Part shown: piece by piece, positions 40,401 to 57,215 of the stretch | Layout of the letters: every line of letters begins with the position of its first letter | How positions within the stretch are numbered: position 1 is the stretch's first letter | Assembly (NCBI GenBank): GCA_009914755.4 | Contig: CP086569.2 | Span: forward strand, 5,856,001 to 5,920,000 | DNA: 64,000 nt | Origin: the human T2T-CHM13v2.0 reference genome, Homo sapiens | Direction: 5' to 3' | The notes under the pieces: generated by a model | What the model was told of the DNA's origin: nothing | Database searches by the model: none | The model's input: the letters and a program-made list of their open reading frames with translations, nothing else | Made by a program: the position numbers and the translations under genes

Positions 40401-41789
40401 ACCTTAATGAGTTTCTGATGCAGTTCACGTCTACAAATTTGCCAAGAATAGCTGATGAGATTCAAGGTGACTGCAAAAAGTTGCACCTTTTTTACATATT
40501 GTGTTTTTTAAGAGAAGAAAAGAACATGTTAACAAGGGTTTAGCTCTTTTTTAAAAAAGGGCAAGATAAAGTAAGTCATATAAATCACCTGATTTTCTTA
40601 TTTTAAATTATTGAATACATTTTCTATGCCACTTTACTTATCTTCTTTAATGATGCTATTCTGAAAGTTTCCTTCAATATTTTAACATTTTCTGGCTGCT
40701 TTTGTATGATTGTTATGAGTGGTTCTGGAGCTAGAAATGTCCAGTTAGCAACATACTAAAAAAGGTTATTTATGCTTTAGATTGTGACTGTAAAACAGTT
40801 TAACAGTTTACAAAAGTATTGTTATTGATTCTAGATATCATTGGTCTCTTTGAGTATATTCTTAAATCTTCCTTTTATTATTTGTATCGTTAGAGGAAGA
40901 TTAGGCATAATCTACTAAACTGAAGAGGAGAAAAACCGAATTTTTTTTTACTTTTAAAAGATCTTACAGGTATGTTCTGTGATTTGGTATTTTGTATTTG
41001 GTAAATATGTTTCATGGTATTGTTCTTTCCATTTTTATATTAACATTTTTGGATTTCATATTAAATGAATCTTGGCATCAAAATGTTTCAACATATCTCT
41101 CTTTCTGGTGAAGCTCATCCTGTTGGTTGATTTATTTGTCTTATGGCTGTACTTTTCTCTGTGATTTTATGCAAGTCTTGTTGTCAACCTTAAACAATCA
41201 AAAGGCTCAGGATGTAGTTAAAAGAGTTTATTCAAGTGCAAAGTGTGAGGGAAGCTGTCTGGGAAGCAGAACTTCATCAAGGAAGAATGGTAAGAAGAAT
41301 GGTAATCAGGGCTCCTGACACGAGAAAAATGAGGATTGTTTATATAGGCCAAACAAAGCTGCTGAACAGAATTACATTTTTCATACAAAGGCTAAAATAC
41401 AGACATAAGACCTAATTAGCTACTATTGATTACACAAGAATGGAGTGGTTTGAAATTCTTTTATAAAGAGGTAACAGTCACAAGGGTCTCTATCTCTAAC
41501 ATCATTTAATCTAGGTTTGAATAAATAATAGGAAGTCTGGATAATGTATAACATCTCAACACAAAGGTCAGAAAACAATGGTTATGCACCAGAGAAGAAA
41601 AACAGTTGTAATAGGCGAGTCGGCTTTTATGCCTTAACTTTTATGGCAAAACCTCTCTAAGCGTTTTGAATCTCAAACATTGCTTATTCGGGTTTGCATA
41701 TCTGTCATTAATTTGGTGATGTTATGTAATTCATCTGGGATATAAACACAGGATTGTTTTTTGTATATATTTTTCCCTTTTACAAATTT

Positions 41790-47100
<5,311 letters not shown>

Positions 47101-47108
47101 TTGGGTTT

Positions 47109-48892
47109 TGTATTAGTTCATGTATGTTGCTATAAAGGAATACCTGTGACTGGGTAGTTTATGAATAAAAGAGATTTATTTTAGCTCATGATTCTGAGTG
47201 CTGTACATGATGCATGGCACCAACATTTCTCCTTGTGAGGACCATAGGAAGCTTTCAATCATGGCAGAAGACAAAGGGCATGCTGACACATCAGACGGTG
47301 AGAGAGGGAGTGGGAGGGGTACCACACTTTTTAAAAGAATTATATCTTATGTGCATTCAGAGCAAGATATCACTCATATCATGAGGACAACACCAAGCCA
47401 TTCATGAGGGATCTGCCCCAGTGATACAAACACCTACTACTGTGCCTACCTCCAATATTGGAGGTCATATTTTAACATCAGATTTGGAGAGGATAAAACA
47501 CCCAAACCATATCATTCCATCCCTGGCCCCCCAAATTTTATGTTCTTCTCAGATTGCAATATAAAATTATCCCTTACCAATAATTTCCCAAAGTCTTAAC
47601 TAGTTCCAAGCATTAACTTAAATGTCCAAAATCTCACCCAAGACTCTAGGTACATTTCTTCCACATTTTTTTTTTTTTTTTTTTTTTTTTTTTGCCTGTA
47701 GAATAAAAAACATACTATTTACTTGCAAGATGCAATGGTGGTACAGGCATTGAGTAGGCATTCCCATTCCAAAATAGAGAAAATAGCCAATAGAAAGGGG
47801 CAATAGGCCCCCCAGAAGTCTGAAACCCAGCAGGGCAGACTTTAATTCTTAAAGCTCCAAAATAATCCTTGAATCCATGTCCCACATCTAGGGTACACTG
47901 ATGCAGGGGGTGGGTTCGAAAGGCCTTGGGCAGCTCTACCCATATGGCTTTGCATGATGTAGCCCCTGTTGCTACTCTCATGGGTTGAAGTTGAGTGTCT
48001 GTGGCTTTTCCAAGCTCAGGGTGCAAGCTGTCAATGGATCTACCACTTTGGGGTCTAGAAGGCTGCAGCTCTGTTTCCACAGCTCCACTAGGCAGTGCCA
48101 TAATGGGGACTCTCTGTGGGGTGTCCAACCCCATACTTCCCTTCCACACTGCCCCATCAAATGTATTCTGAAGGGCATCTGCCTGTGGAGCAGGCCTCTT
48201 TGTGGGAACCCAGGCTTTTCCATACATTTTCTGAAATCCAGGGGTAAGCTACTAATTTTCCTTACCTCTTGCATTTTGCAAGCCTGCAGACTTAACAATA
48301 CATGGAGGCAGTCAAGAATTACAACTTATACTTTCTGAAGCAGTGGCCAAAGCTGTACCTGGGACACTTTGTGCTGAGGCTGGAACTGGAGCAATCTAGA
48401 TGTTTGGAACAGTGTACCAAGACTACACAGGGCAGCAGGGTCCTTTTCCTGGCCTCATGGACCATTCTTTTCTCCTAGGCATCTGGATCTGTGATGGGAC
48501 AGGCTGCCTCAGATATTTCTTAAATGCCTTTAGGCCTTTTTTTTTCATTGATTCAGATATTAGCACTTGGATCCCCTTTAGTCATGTAAATCTCTCCAGC
48601 ATGTAGTTGCTCCTCAACCCCACTTGTATTCTTCCCCTGAAAGTATTCTTTCCTTCTCTACCACACTGCCAGGTTTTGACTTTTTAAAACTTTTATGCTC
48701 TTCTTTCCTTTCAAATATAAGTTCCCACTTTAAGTCATTCCTTTACTCCCTTATCTGATCATTGGCTGTTAGAGGCAGCCAGGTCATGTCTTGAATACTT
48801 TACTGCTTAGAAATGTATTCTTCCAGATACTTTAAGTCATTACTCTTAAGTTTAAACTTCCAGAGAACCCTAGGACATGAGCTTAATGCAGG

Positions 48893-48936
<44 letters not shown>

Positions 48937-50063
48937 TGGGCATAATATGAGTGATCTTTACTCTAGTCTCAAAAACTTTCTCATTTCTGTCACAGTTCTT
49001 GTCAGCCTGGCTTCACTGTCCATATTTCTACCAGCATTTTGGTTACAACCACTTAACAATCCTCTAAGAAGTTTCAAACTATTCCCTACATCTTCTTGTC
49101 TTCTTCTGAGTTCTCCAAATGCTTCCAACCTCTGCCAGCTACCAAGTTCCAAAGCTGATTCCATATATTGTATTATCTTTGTAGCAATGCCCCACTTCCC
49201 ATTACCATTTGTTTTTGTATGAACTCATTTGCATTGTTATAAAGAAGTACCTGAGACTGGGTAATTTATAGAGAAAAGAGATTTATTTTGGCTCATGATT
49301 CTGAAGGCTGTACAGGAATGCATGGCACCAGCATCTGCTAATGGTGAGGGCCTCAGGAAGCTTTCTATCATAGTAGAAGGCAAAGGAGGAGCTGCTGTAT
49401 AACATGGTGTGTGTGTGGGGGGGGGGGTGGGAGTAAGTGCTAAACAATTTTTTAAAAATTATTATTTTTTTAAATTGTGAGTACATAGTAGGTATATATA
49501 CTTATGGGGTACATGAGATATTTTGATAAAGGCATGCAATGTGAAATAAGCATGTCATGGAGAATGAGGTAGCCATCCCCTCAAGCATTTATCCTATGAG
49601 TAACAATTCAATTACATTCTTTAAGTTATTTTAAAATATACAATTAAGTTATTGACTATAGTCATCCTATTAGGCTATCAAATAGAATAGCAGATCTTAT
49701 TCATTCTTTCTAACTATTTTTTGTACCCATTAACAATCCCCACCTTCCCATCAAAACCCCACCACACTTCCCAGCCTCTGGTACCTATCCTTCTACTCTC
49801 TCTGTCTATGAGTTCAATTGTTTTAAGATACCACAAATAAGTGAGAACATGTTATTTTTGTCTTTCTGTGCTATAATCTTTTAACCAACTAGATATTGTG
49901 TGAACTCAGAGTGAGAACATACTCATTATTGTGAGAAAAGTACCAAGCCATTCATGAGGGATCTGCCCCCATGACCCAAAACCTTTAACTAGATTCACCT
50001 CCAATATTGGAGGTCACATGTCAACATGAGATTTGGAGAGGACAAAATATCCAAACCATATCA
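47109..50063 (-). mobile_element. MST/THE-like ERVL-MaLR with both LTRs: 3' LTR 47109-47514, internal 47515-~49205, 5' LTR ~49210-50063. A nested L1 fragment splits the 5' LTR.
   Basis: 3' LTR: tgtattagttcatgtatgttgctataaaggaatacctgtgactgggtagtttatgaataaaagagatttattttagctcatgattctgagtgctgtacatgatgcatggcacc...gatttggagaggataaaacacccaaaccatatca. The same blocks recur at 49210-49445 and 49921-50063. The internal region is homologous to 18.1-18.5 kb (ccattccaaaatagagaaaatagccaatagaaagggg..). Confidence 0.8.
49446..49920 (-). mobile_element. Old LINE-1 3'UTR fragment nested inside the MaLR 5' LTR
   Basis: ggggtacatgagatattttgataaaggcatgcaatgtgaaataagcatgtcatggagaatgaggtagccatcccctcaagcatttatcc...ataccacaaataagtgagaacatgttatttttgtctttctgtgc reads as antisense L1PB/L1MA-type 3'UTR. 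Confidence 0.7.
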
Positions 50064-51280
50064 GGTTTCAACTTTCTCCTGAATGTCTTCCTTGCCATCT
50101 AGATTCTAAATTCTATGGATGTCATTTCAATTAGGTTAAGAACTATTTCTAGGGAGTTAGTACCATCATTTGGAGGTAAGAGGACCCTGACTTTTTAAAT
50201 TGGCATTGTTCTCAGGCTGATTCTTTCTCATCTGAAAGTGCTGGCATTCCTTTATCATTTTGAATTGCTGTCTTTTGGATGGGGCTTTTTGTTTTTATCT
50301 ACTTTATTTCCCTGAGTTTGACTTTGGCGTAAGTTGAGAATGGTCTATTGGCTTCACTTCTGGGTGCTTTCAGAGGGCCAAGACTCTGCATAGGATCTTT
50401 ATTTGTGGCTAAATTCCTGCGTTGGGTTTCACAGGCAAGGTATACTGGAAGAAATCTTTTTTGTTGTTGTTATTGATGTAGTGCAGGCTGCAATCTAGTA
50501 GATCTGCAATCCAGTAGATGACACCTAAGAGTAATGTCCAGCAGATAGGCTCTTAATGACATGCCTCTTTTGTATTTTAGCGCATTCACAGCTGTTCTAT
50601 GTGGGGAGAGATATGGGGGATGGGAGGAGAGATGACTCCCCTGCCAGGTCCATTCCCAGGCCTTAGGGGACCCCTCTCCAATCACTGTCACCCTGCCTGT
50701 AATTCCTTAGCCCCAAAGGGGGCCCTGCCAGGCTGCACTTTCCTCTCCTTTAGGGTCGGCTCAAGGTGAAGGTTAGTTCACCAGGAGATCTACAGAATGC
50801 TGGAGGCCCACTGATCCTCTGTGCTTGGCAGAATCAGAGTGGGTTGTGGGGTATGCCTGTGTGTGGTCTGTTCATGCAGTAGATCAAGAGCAGGGGATCT
50901 TCAGGCAGGGCAGTGTTGCTGTGGGTGTGCCACCGGTATGGCACAAGCATCCCAAGGATTTTTGCCCATAAGACAGCTATAGGGACCGCCTAGATCATTC
51001 TCCTTTGACTGGGTCTCCTTCCAGTGGCTTCCCCAGTAACTGGCCCAATCATCTACTTTTGCCCTAAGCCTTCTGCACCAAGCTCTCTGGGGTATTAGGT
51101 GTTCCAGTCTGTGGGGCTCCCTTGGGCAGAGGCTGTAGCTGAAAGACAAGTAATGAGGTGTGAACTACTCAACCCTGTGCCCAAGCATAACCTAGTGAAT
51201 ATCATCCTAACCATCCTGTGGGTAACCATAGTTATAGATTAGTGCCACATAGCCAAGATGTTTTATTTGGAGCTAATCAA

Positions 51281-51518
51281 TAAATAATCAGTTATTTGCC
51301 AATCTGTACTTTGTAATCAGTACTTGTAATACAGTGGCATGCCAATCAGTATTTTGTAACACAATGATGTGGATAAATCATTATTTGGGTATCCATCCTA
51401 TATCTGCTAACCAATAAATAATCAGTTATTATGTCTAATTAGTGGCATGCCAATCAGTACTTTGTAATAAAATGATGCAGATATACCATTCTTTGGGTAT
51501 GCATCCTATATCTCTATG
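51281..51518. repeat. Tandem repeat: ~120-bp unit x2, with a nested ~24-bp CCAAT-containing motif x3
   Basis: Unit 1 is 51281-51408 and unit 2 is 51409-51518. Both carry caataaataatcagttat...gtggcatgccaatcagta.tttgtaa.a.aatgatg..gat...ttgggtat.catcctatatct. The motif gccaatc[at]gta[ct]tttgtaa occurs at 51297, 51338 and 51447. Confidence 0.85.
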
Positions 51519-52735
51519 TTCAGTTGGGCTATTTATCTTTGGTGTGATTTTTCTGTTCCCCAAATTAAGGTACATTTTGACAAGGCTAGCCAAAACAGGA
51601 GGTGAGCCAAATAAACCCATATGAAATGTGTATTATACCATCCTGAAATTGAGTTTTTGATTGGGGTATCATTATTTTCTTCTCTTTTAGCTGGGGCAGT
51701 GCCACAGCAAAAGATAGTGAGCCAGTTTTCTTCTACCAAGAAGCTCTTCTTATGTCCCTTATTTAGTAAAGTATAACTCATAGGGCAATAATATACAGTA
51801 TCCTTAGTCATACTAGAGTTAAGGTTGCCAGACTATTTTTGTGATGAACGAATAAAATTTTTATACTGTATTCAGTCTTGTCCTTGGAGGAGTGATACCC
51901 ACCATGGTAGGCCAGAACCACTGGACTGGAGCATGAGGCCACATATACAGCAAGAATTTTTGTGTAATCTGTCAGCATAGTTTGGGAATCATTGCAAAAA
52001 GAGGTTTTCTTCATGGGCAACAGCTTGTGGTAGTAGTACCAGGACATAAGGACTAAGGATAAAAATAATTTTAGTGAGCGCTTATAAAAGAAAATCTTCT
52101 GTATCTCTTAACAATTTTTAGTATTAAACATTTATTTAGCTACAAGCCTGGTCCACAGTTTTGAGTTTTAGCTGTCTGTATCACATGCCATCTTTTTCTC
52201 AGCCTGGTGTCAAGTTAATTCAAAGTTGGAGGTCACCTTCTGGAGAAACAGTGAAATCAGAAGTCTCAACCTTCTTTAGATAATACATATGAATCCATGA
52301 ATTTATGCCTTCTAACGTAGCAGTGCAAGGGTTGTTAAGGAGTACCTGATAATGTCCATACCACTTTGGTAAAAGAGAGGTGTTTTTTTTTTTAAATAAA
52401 TATTGTTTCCAATAGACAAAATCTCCTAGTTGAAGTCCATGGTCCTTGGAAGTTTTGTTTTCTGGGAGTTCACAGTGAAAACGTTATTTTACTAATTTAT
52501 AATTTGTATATAATTGTGTCATAAGGCCATTACAACAGCTAAACATGTCTCCGTTTGCTATTAAAGGCATAGTTTCCTGGAGACAATTTCACAGATCTGC
52601 CTTTTATCATTTTGAATGGGGATAACTGGTGCTTGCCAAAAATGTTCAACCCCAGACTAAGAAGAATCCATGGAAGAGCTTTTGGCCAAGGAATTTAAAA
52701 GCCTCATTTGATTTTTTGAACTGAGTTTTGATTAT

Positions 52736-52981
52736 TCAGTTCATCAGTTCCACTAACCCAGATGACAGGGGATGGTAAACACAATGGAAATGTTGGAGAA
52801 TGGGCCAAATTTTACACACCAATTGAATTATTTGTCTAGTGAAGTGAGTGCCACTGTTGCTATGAGTTTCCAGAACTCCCAAGGTTGGAATATTTTTTTG
52901 TAAGTGAATTTTACTCACCAACAAGCCTTTTGCTATTTTGTGTGAAAATGCCTCTACCCATTCTGAAAATGTGCAAATCAT
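52736..52981 (-). pseudogene. ERV pol integrase catalytic-core fragment
   Basis: HSNSGTHFT (DNGP.FTS-like) and YHPLSSGLVELMN (YHPQSSGQVERMN-like). Confidence 0.7.
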
Positions 52982-53489
52982 TACCAGAGCATATTTGCAT
53001 GTTTTTCGAAGATGGTAACTGGGTGAAATCTAATTGCTGTGCCTGAAAAGGGGCCTTGGGTGAAGGAAAATGTCCTTGAGAGCTATGTAGTAATTTCCTT
53101 AGATTATATTTTTAACAAACGTAATAGCAATTTCATACCTTATGAGCTATAAGAAGTTTCCAAAAATATTGTTTTTCCCAAGCAATTGTTTTGTCAGGGC
53201 TCCAGTGAGTTAGGTCTTGTATATAGGTTAAAAATGGTAACCGCAATTCAGCAGCAAGTATAGGCAAATTGTTTGGCCCATACTATACCTTTTCTTTGCG
53301 GGAAGATATTTCCTTTTTGTTTTCCAACTTTTCTGTTCTAATATTGGAGCTCTGGATTGAGCTAATTTTATGTTAAATTCAGAGTTTTTTTAAAGTTAAT
53401 ATAGATCTCTTTTTATTTTCTGTTGGTTCGTTCGTTTGTTTGTTTGTTTAGATGCATTTAGAACAGCTTTGTGCTACTTTATCAGCTAG

Positions 53490-53726
53490 CTAATTTCCTT
53501 TGCTTTCTGGTGTATCTGATTTCAAATGGCCTGAGATTTTAATTATGGCCAGCGATTTTGGGAATAATATGTCTTCCAACAATTGTAAAATTGTCTGCTC
53601 ATTTTCTATGAATTGACGAGAAGAGGCTAAAAATTCTCTCTGTTCCCATTGTATTCCATAATTATGAGCTACTTTGAAAGCATATCTACTGTTTGTATAG
53701 ATATTAGCAGTTACTCTTTTTGACAA
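53490..53726 (-). pseudogene. ERV pol RNase H fragment
   Basis: YTNSRYAF..LAIIKISGH motifs match the gamma-retroviral RNase H ([15 protein letters not shown]). Confidence 0.8.
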
Positions 53727-54821
53727 TCAACAAGCCCTAATCAATAAAATTAATTCTGCTTTTGGAGCTGAGGTGGCTTCTGGAAGTTAAACACGTTCTG
53801 TTTTTTCAGTTAAAGATAATATTGAGTAGCTTGCACGGTAAGTCCCAGATACGTCCTTTAAGATCCATCTTTAAACCAAACTACATCAGCATAATTAAGG
53901 AGACTCTCTTCTCGTAGGACAGAGAAGTTGAAAAGTTAAGGTTATTCAATTGTGCAGTGTTTCATCTGAAAGTAAAGGCAGAAGAACTGCAGGACTTAGA
54001 TTTTTATGCCTAGAGATGGTGATATGAGAAGCTGAAAAAAGTAAAACTTCATATAAAGCTAATCTGCTAACTGAATAACGTTGAGTGTGGTGAAGGTTAG
54101 CAATGATTTCACAAAATGAGGGATGAAAATACTATGGGATATCCCCTTTACAATTTCTTCAGTTGCCTTAACCAACAAAGCAGTGACTATTATGGCAGTG
54201 CCACAAGGTGGTAGCTCTATAGCCACCGGGTATAACTGATGGCTATAATACCCTAACAGGTTCATTTTGGTCTCAATGTATTTGAGTTAGGACCCTCAAA
54301 AGTGTTAGCACTACTTTCACGTATATATAATGAAAATGAAAAATTATAATTTGGATGCCCCAAAGCTGAGGTATTAGCAAGGTAATATTTTATCATTTCT
54401 AATGTTAGTTGATCTTTTGTCCAATCTAGAGGGTCTAGTATGTCTCGTTTTAAGACAGCATATAAGGGCTGGCATTTTAAGACATAGCTTGGGATTCATT
54501 TTTTAAAATATCCTGTCATTCCCCCAAACCCTCTCAACACTTTCTTGGTTCTTGGTGGTAGAAAAGCTAAGATCTCTTTTAGTCTGTCTGGATTAATAAA
54601 AATTCCTTCCTTGGATATTAGATAACCTAAGTAGTTTACTTGTTTTTTTGACAAAATTGAAGTTTACCTTTAGAAGCCTTGTGTCTCTTTAAGGCTAATT
54701 GTTGTAACAAGTGAATCTCATTTTCAATAGAGACTTGCTTATCCTCTTAGCAGAGGAGTAAATTATCTATCTATTGTATTAACATACATTTTTAAAGTCA
54801 ATATCTGAGAGAGATCTTTTA

Positions 54822-55090
54822 CTATCTGTAAAAAGTTTGGCTCTTAGTATAGTACTGAGGCTTGACTGTCCACATGTATTGTCTGTTTTCCAAAGTGAAA
54901 ACAAAGAGAAATGAACTATTTTTATTCATAGAAATACTAAGGAATATATAACATAAGTCTATTATAGTAAAGAACTCACCTTCAGTTGGAATGGCAGCTG
55001 ACAATGTATATGAATTTGGCATTTCTAGATGTTGGGGAATAACAATGTTTTTAATTGCTCTCAGATTCTGTACAATCATCCATCCTCTAC
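54822..55090 (-). pseudogene. ERV pol reverse-transcriptase fragment (fingers/palm, upstream of the YXDD box)
   Basis: See the ERV feature. The ORF in the provided track extends to 55187, but the last ~100 nt are antisense L1 sequence and not part of the RT. Confidence 0.75.
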
Positions 55091-55254
55091 CATCTGGTAT
55101 CCTTAGAGAAAAGAGAATGCTTATACACTGTTGCTGGGAATGTGTATTAGTTCTGTCACTGAAGAAAGCAGTTTTGAGATTTCTCAAAGAAGGATTGGAG
55201 TGTTACATGGTCTTTACAGAGAATAGTCTGTCTTCTTTTTGTATAATTTGAAGG

Positions 55255-57215
55255 CTATTCCTATCAAACTACCAATGTCATTTCTTCACAGAATTGAAAA
55301 AAAAACTTCTCTAAATTTCATGTGGAATCAAAAAAAAAAAAAAAAAGAACCTGGATAGCTAAAGCAATCCTAAGCAAAAAGGACAAAGCTGGAGGCCTCA
55401 CATTACTTAACTTCAAACTGTGCTATAAGTCTACAGTAACCAAAAGAGCATGGTACTGGTACAAAAACAGACACATAGGCCAGTGGATCATAATAAACAA
55501 CCCAGAAATAAAGCTGTATGCCTACAGCCATTTGATCTTTGACAAAGTTGACAAAATAAGCAATGGATAAAGGACTCCAAATTCAATAGATGGTGCTAAG
55601 ATAGCTGGCTAGCCATATGCAGAAGATCAAAACTGGACCTCTTCCTTACACATTATACAAAAATCAACTCAAGGTGGATTAAATACTTAAATATAAAACC
55701 TAAAACTATAAAAACCCTGGAATACAACCTAGTCAATACCATTCTACACATAGGAGTGGGCAAAGATTTCATGACAAAGAGGCCAAAAGCAATTGCAACA
55801 AATGGAAAAAAAAAATTAACCAATGGGATCTAATTAAACTAAAGAACTTCTGCACAGCAAAAGACCATACCAACAGAGTAAACAAACTATTGCATTTAAC
55901 AAAGGTCTAATATTCAGAATCTATAAGGAATTTAAACAATTTAAAAAGCAAATAACAAATAATTCCATTTAAAATGGGCAAAGCATTAATAAGAATGAAA
56001 CTGTGTCCTTGCAGCAGCATGGATGCCTGAGTGCAGCTGGAGGCTATTATTCTAAGTGAATTAATGTAGAAACAGAAAACCAAATACTACATGTTCTCAC
56101 TTATAAGAGGGAGCTAAACACTGAGTACACATGGGCACTAAGAAGAGAACAATAGACTCCACAGCTTTCTTGGAGGTGGAGGGTGGGAGGAGGGTGAAGA
56201 CTAAAAAATTACCTACTGGGTACTATGCTCACTACCTGGGTGTCAAAATCATTTTTACATCAAACCCCAGCAACACACAATTTACCCATGTCACAAACCT
56301 GCCCACGTACCCCCTAAACCTAAAAGTTTGAAGGAAAAAAATGGCAAAAAAACATGAACAGACATTTCTCAAAAGACATGTGAGTGTCTGATAAACATAT
56401 GAAAAATGCTCTTTATCACTAATCATCAGAAAAATGCAAGTCAAAACCACAATGCAATATCATCTCACACCAGTCAGAATTGCTATTAGTAAAAAGTAAA
56501 AAAAAAAAAAAATAGCAGGTGCTGGAGAAGCTATGGAGAAAAGAGAATGCTTATACACTGTTGGTGGTAATGTAAATTAGTTTGGCCTCTGTAGAAAGCA
56601 GTGTGGAGATTTTTCAAAGAACTTAAAAAAACAAAACTACCATTCAACCCACAACTGCATTCCTGGGTATATACCTAAAGGAAAATAAATCATTCTGTAA
56701 AAAAGACACATTCACTCATATGCTTATTGCAGCACTATTTACAATAGCAAATACATGGAATCAACTTATGTTTCCATCAGTGGTAGATTCGCTGAAGAAA
56801 ATGTGGTACATATACCATGGAATATGCCATAGAATACTATGCAACCATAAGACAGAATGAAATAATATCCTTTGCAGCAACATGGATGCAGCTGGAAGTG
56901 AATTAATGCAGGAACAAAAACCAAATATATCAAGTTCTCACTAATAAATGGGAGCTCAACATTGGGTACTCATGGACATAAAGATGGAAACAATAGACAC
57001 TGGAGACCACTAGAGCGGGAAGGGAGAAAAAGAGAGGGGCATAGGTTCAAAAACTAACTATTGGATACTATTCTTACTATCTGGTGACAGGATCATTATT
57101 ACCCCAAACCTCAGCCTCATGCAATATATTCACGTAACAAACCTGTACATGTATCCCCTGAATCTAAAAGAAAAGTTGGAATTAAAATAATAATAATAAT
57201 AAAAAAATAAGGAAA
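55255..57215 (+). mobile_element. LINE-1 3' portion (mid-ORF2 to 3'UTR) carrying a nested 360-bp L1 3'-end insertion at 55985-56344
   Basis: 55255-55984 is ORF2 middle (gaacctggatagctaaagcaatcctaagcaaaaaggacaaagctggaggc...aaaatgggcaaag). 56345-57215 resumes exactly at the next ORF2 nucleotides (catgaacagacatttctcaaaagacatgtgag...) and runs to the 3'UTR and (AAT)n/A-rich tail. The intervening 55985-56344 is itself an L1 ORF2-end plus 3'UTR (tccttgcagcagcatggatgcctgagtgcagctggaggctattattctaagtgaattaatgtagaaacagaaaaccaaatactacatgttctcacttataagagggagctaaac...) ending in an A-run. It is flanked by aaaatgggcaaag and aaaaatggcaaaaa (probable TSD). Confidence 0.8.

Larger units (their letters stand above)
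51600..55090 (-). mobile_element. Class I (gamma-retrovirus-like) endogenous retrovirus internal region, pol: RT, connection domain, RNase H and integrase. Degraded, with no LTR identified.
   Basis: Minus-strand ORFs show domain order and motifs. 54822-55090 RT: ..VQNLRAIKNIVIPQHLEMPNSYTLSAAIPTEGEFFTIIDLCYIFLSISMNKNSSFLFVFTLENRQYMWTVKPQYYTKSQTFY, compared with MLV ..[40 protein letters not shown]..FAFEW...QLTWTRLPQGFKNSPTLF. 54059-54265 connection domain: ..PPCGTAIIVTALLVKATEEIVKGISHSIFIPHFVKSLL. 53490-53726 RNase H: IYTNSRYAFKVAHNYGIQWEQREFLASSRQFIENEQTILQLLEDILFPKSLAIIKISGHLKSDTPESKGN, compared with MLV [62 protein letters not shown]. 52736-52981 integrase core: ..ETHSNSGTHFTRQIIQLVCKIWPI..HFHCVYHPLSSGLVELMN, compared with DNGPAFTS..H..HTAYHPQSSGQVERMN. 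Confidence 0.8.

Noticed and set aside
47715-48298. 170-aa and 106-aa minus-strand ORFs and the 117-aa plus-strand ORF
   Set aside because: All sit inside the ERVL-MaLR internal region (47515-49205). This region is non-coding in THE1/MST elements. Homologous sequence at 18.1-18.7 kb carries equally fortuitous ORFs.
54822-55187. Full length of the minus-strand RT ORF as given in the track
   Set aside because: Only 54822-~55090 is ERV reverse transcriptase. The upstream 100 nt ([33 protein letters not shown]) is antisense L1 ORF2 sequence (agagaaaagagaatgcttatacactgttg.. on the + strand), so the ORF start is chimeric.
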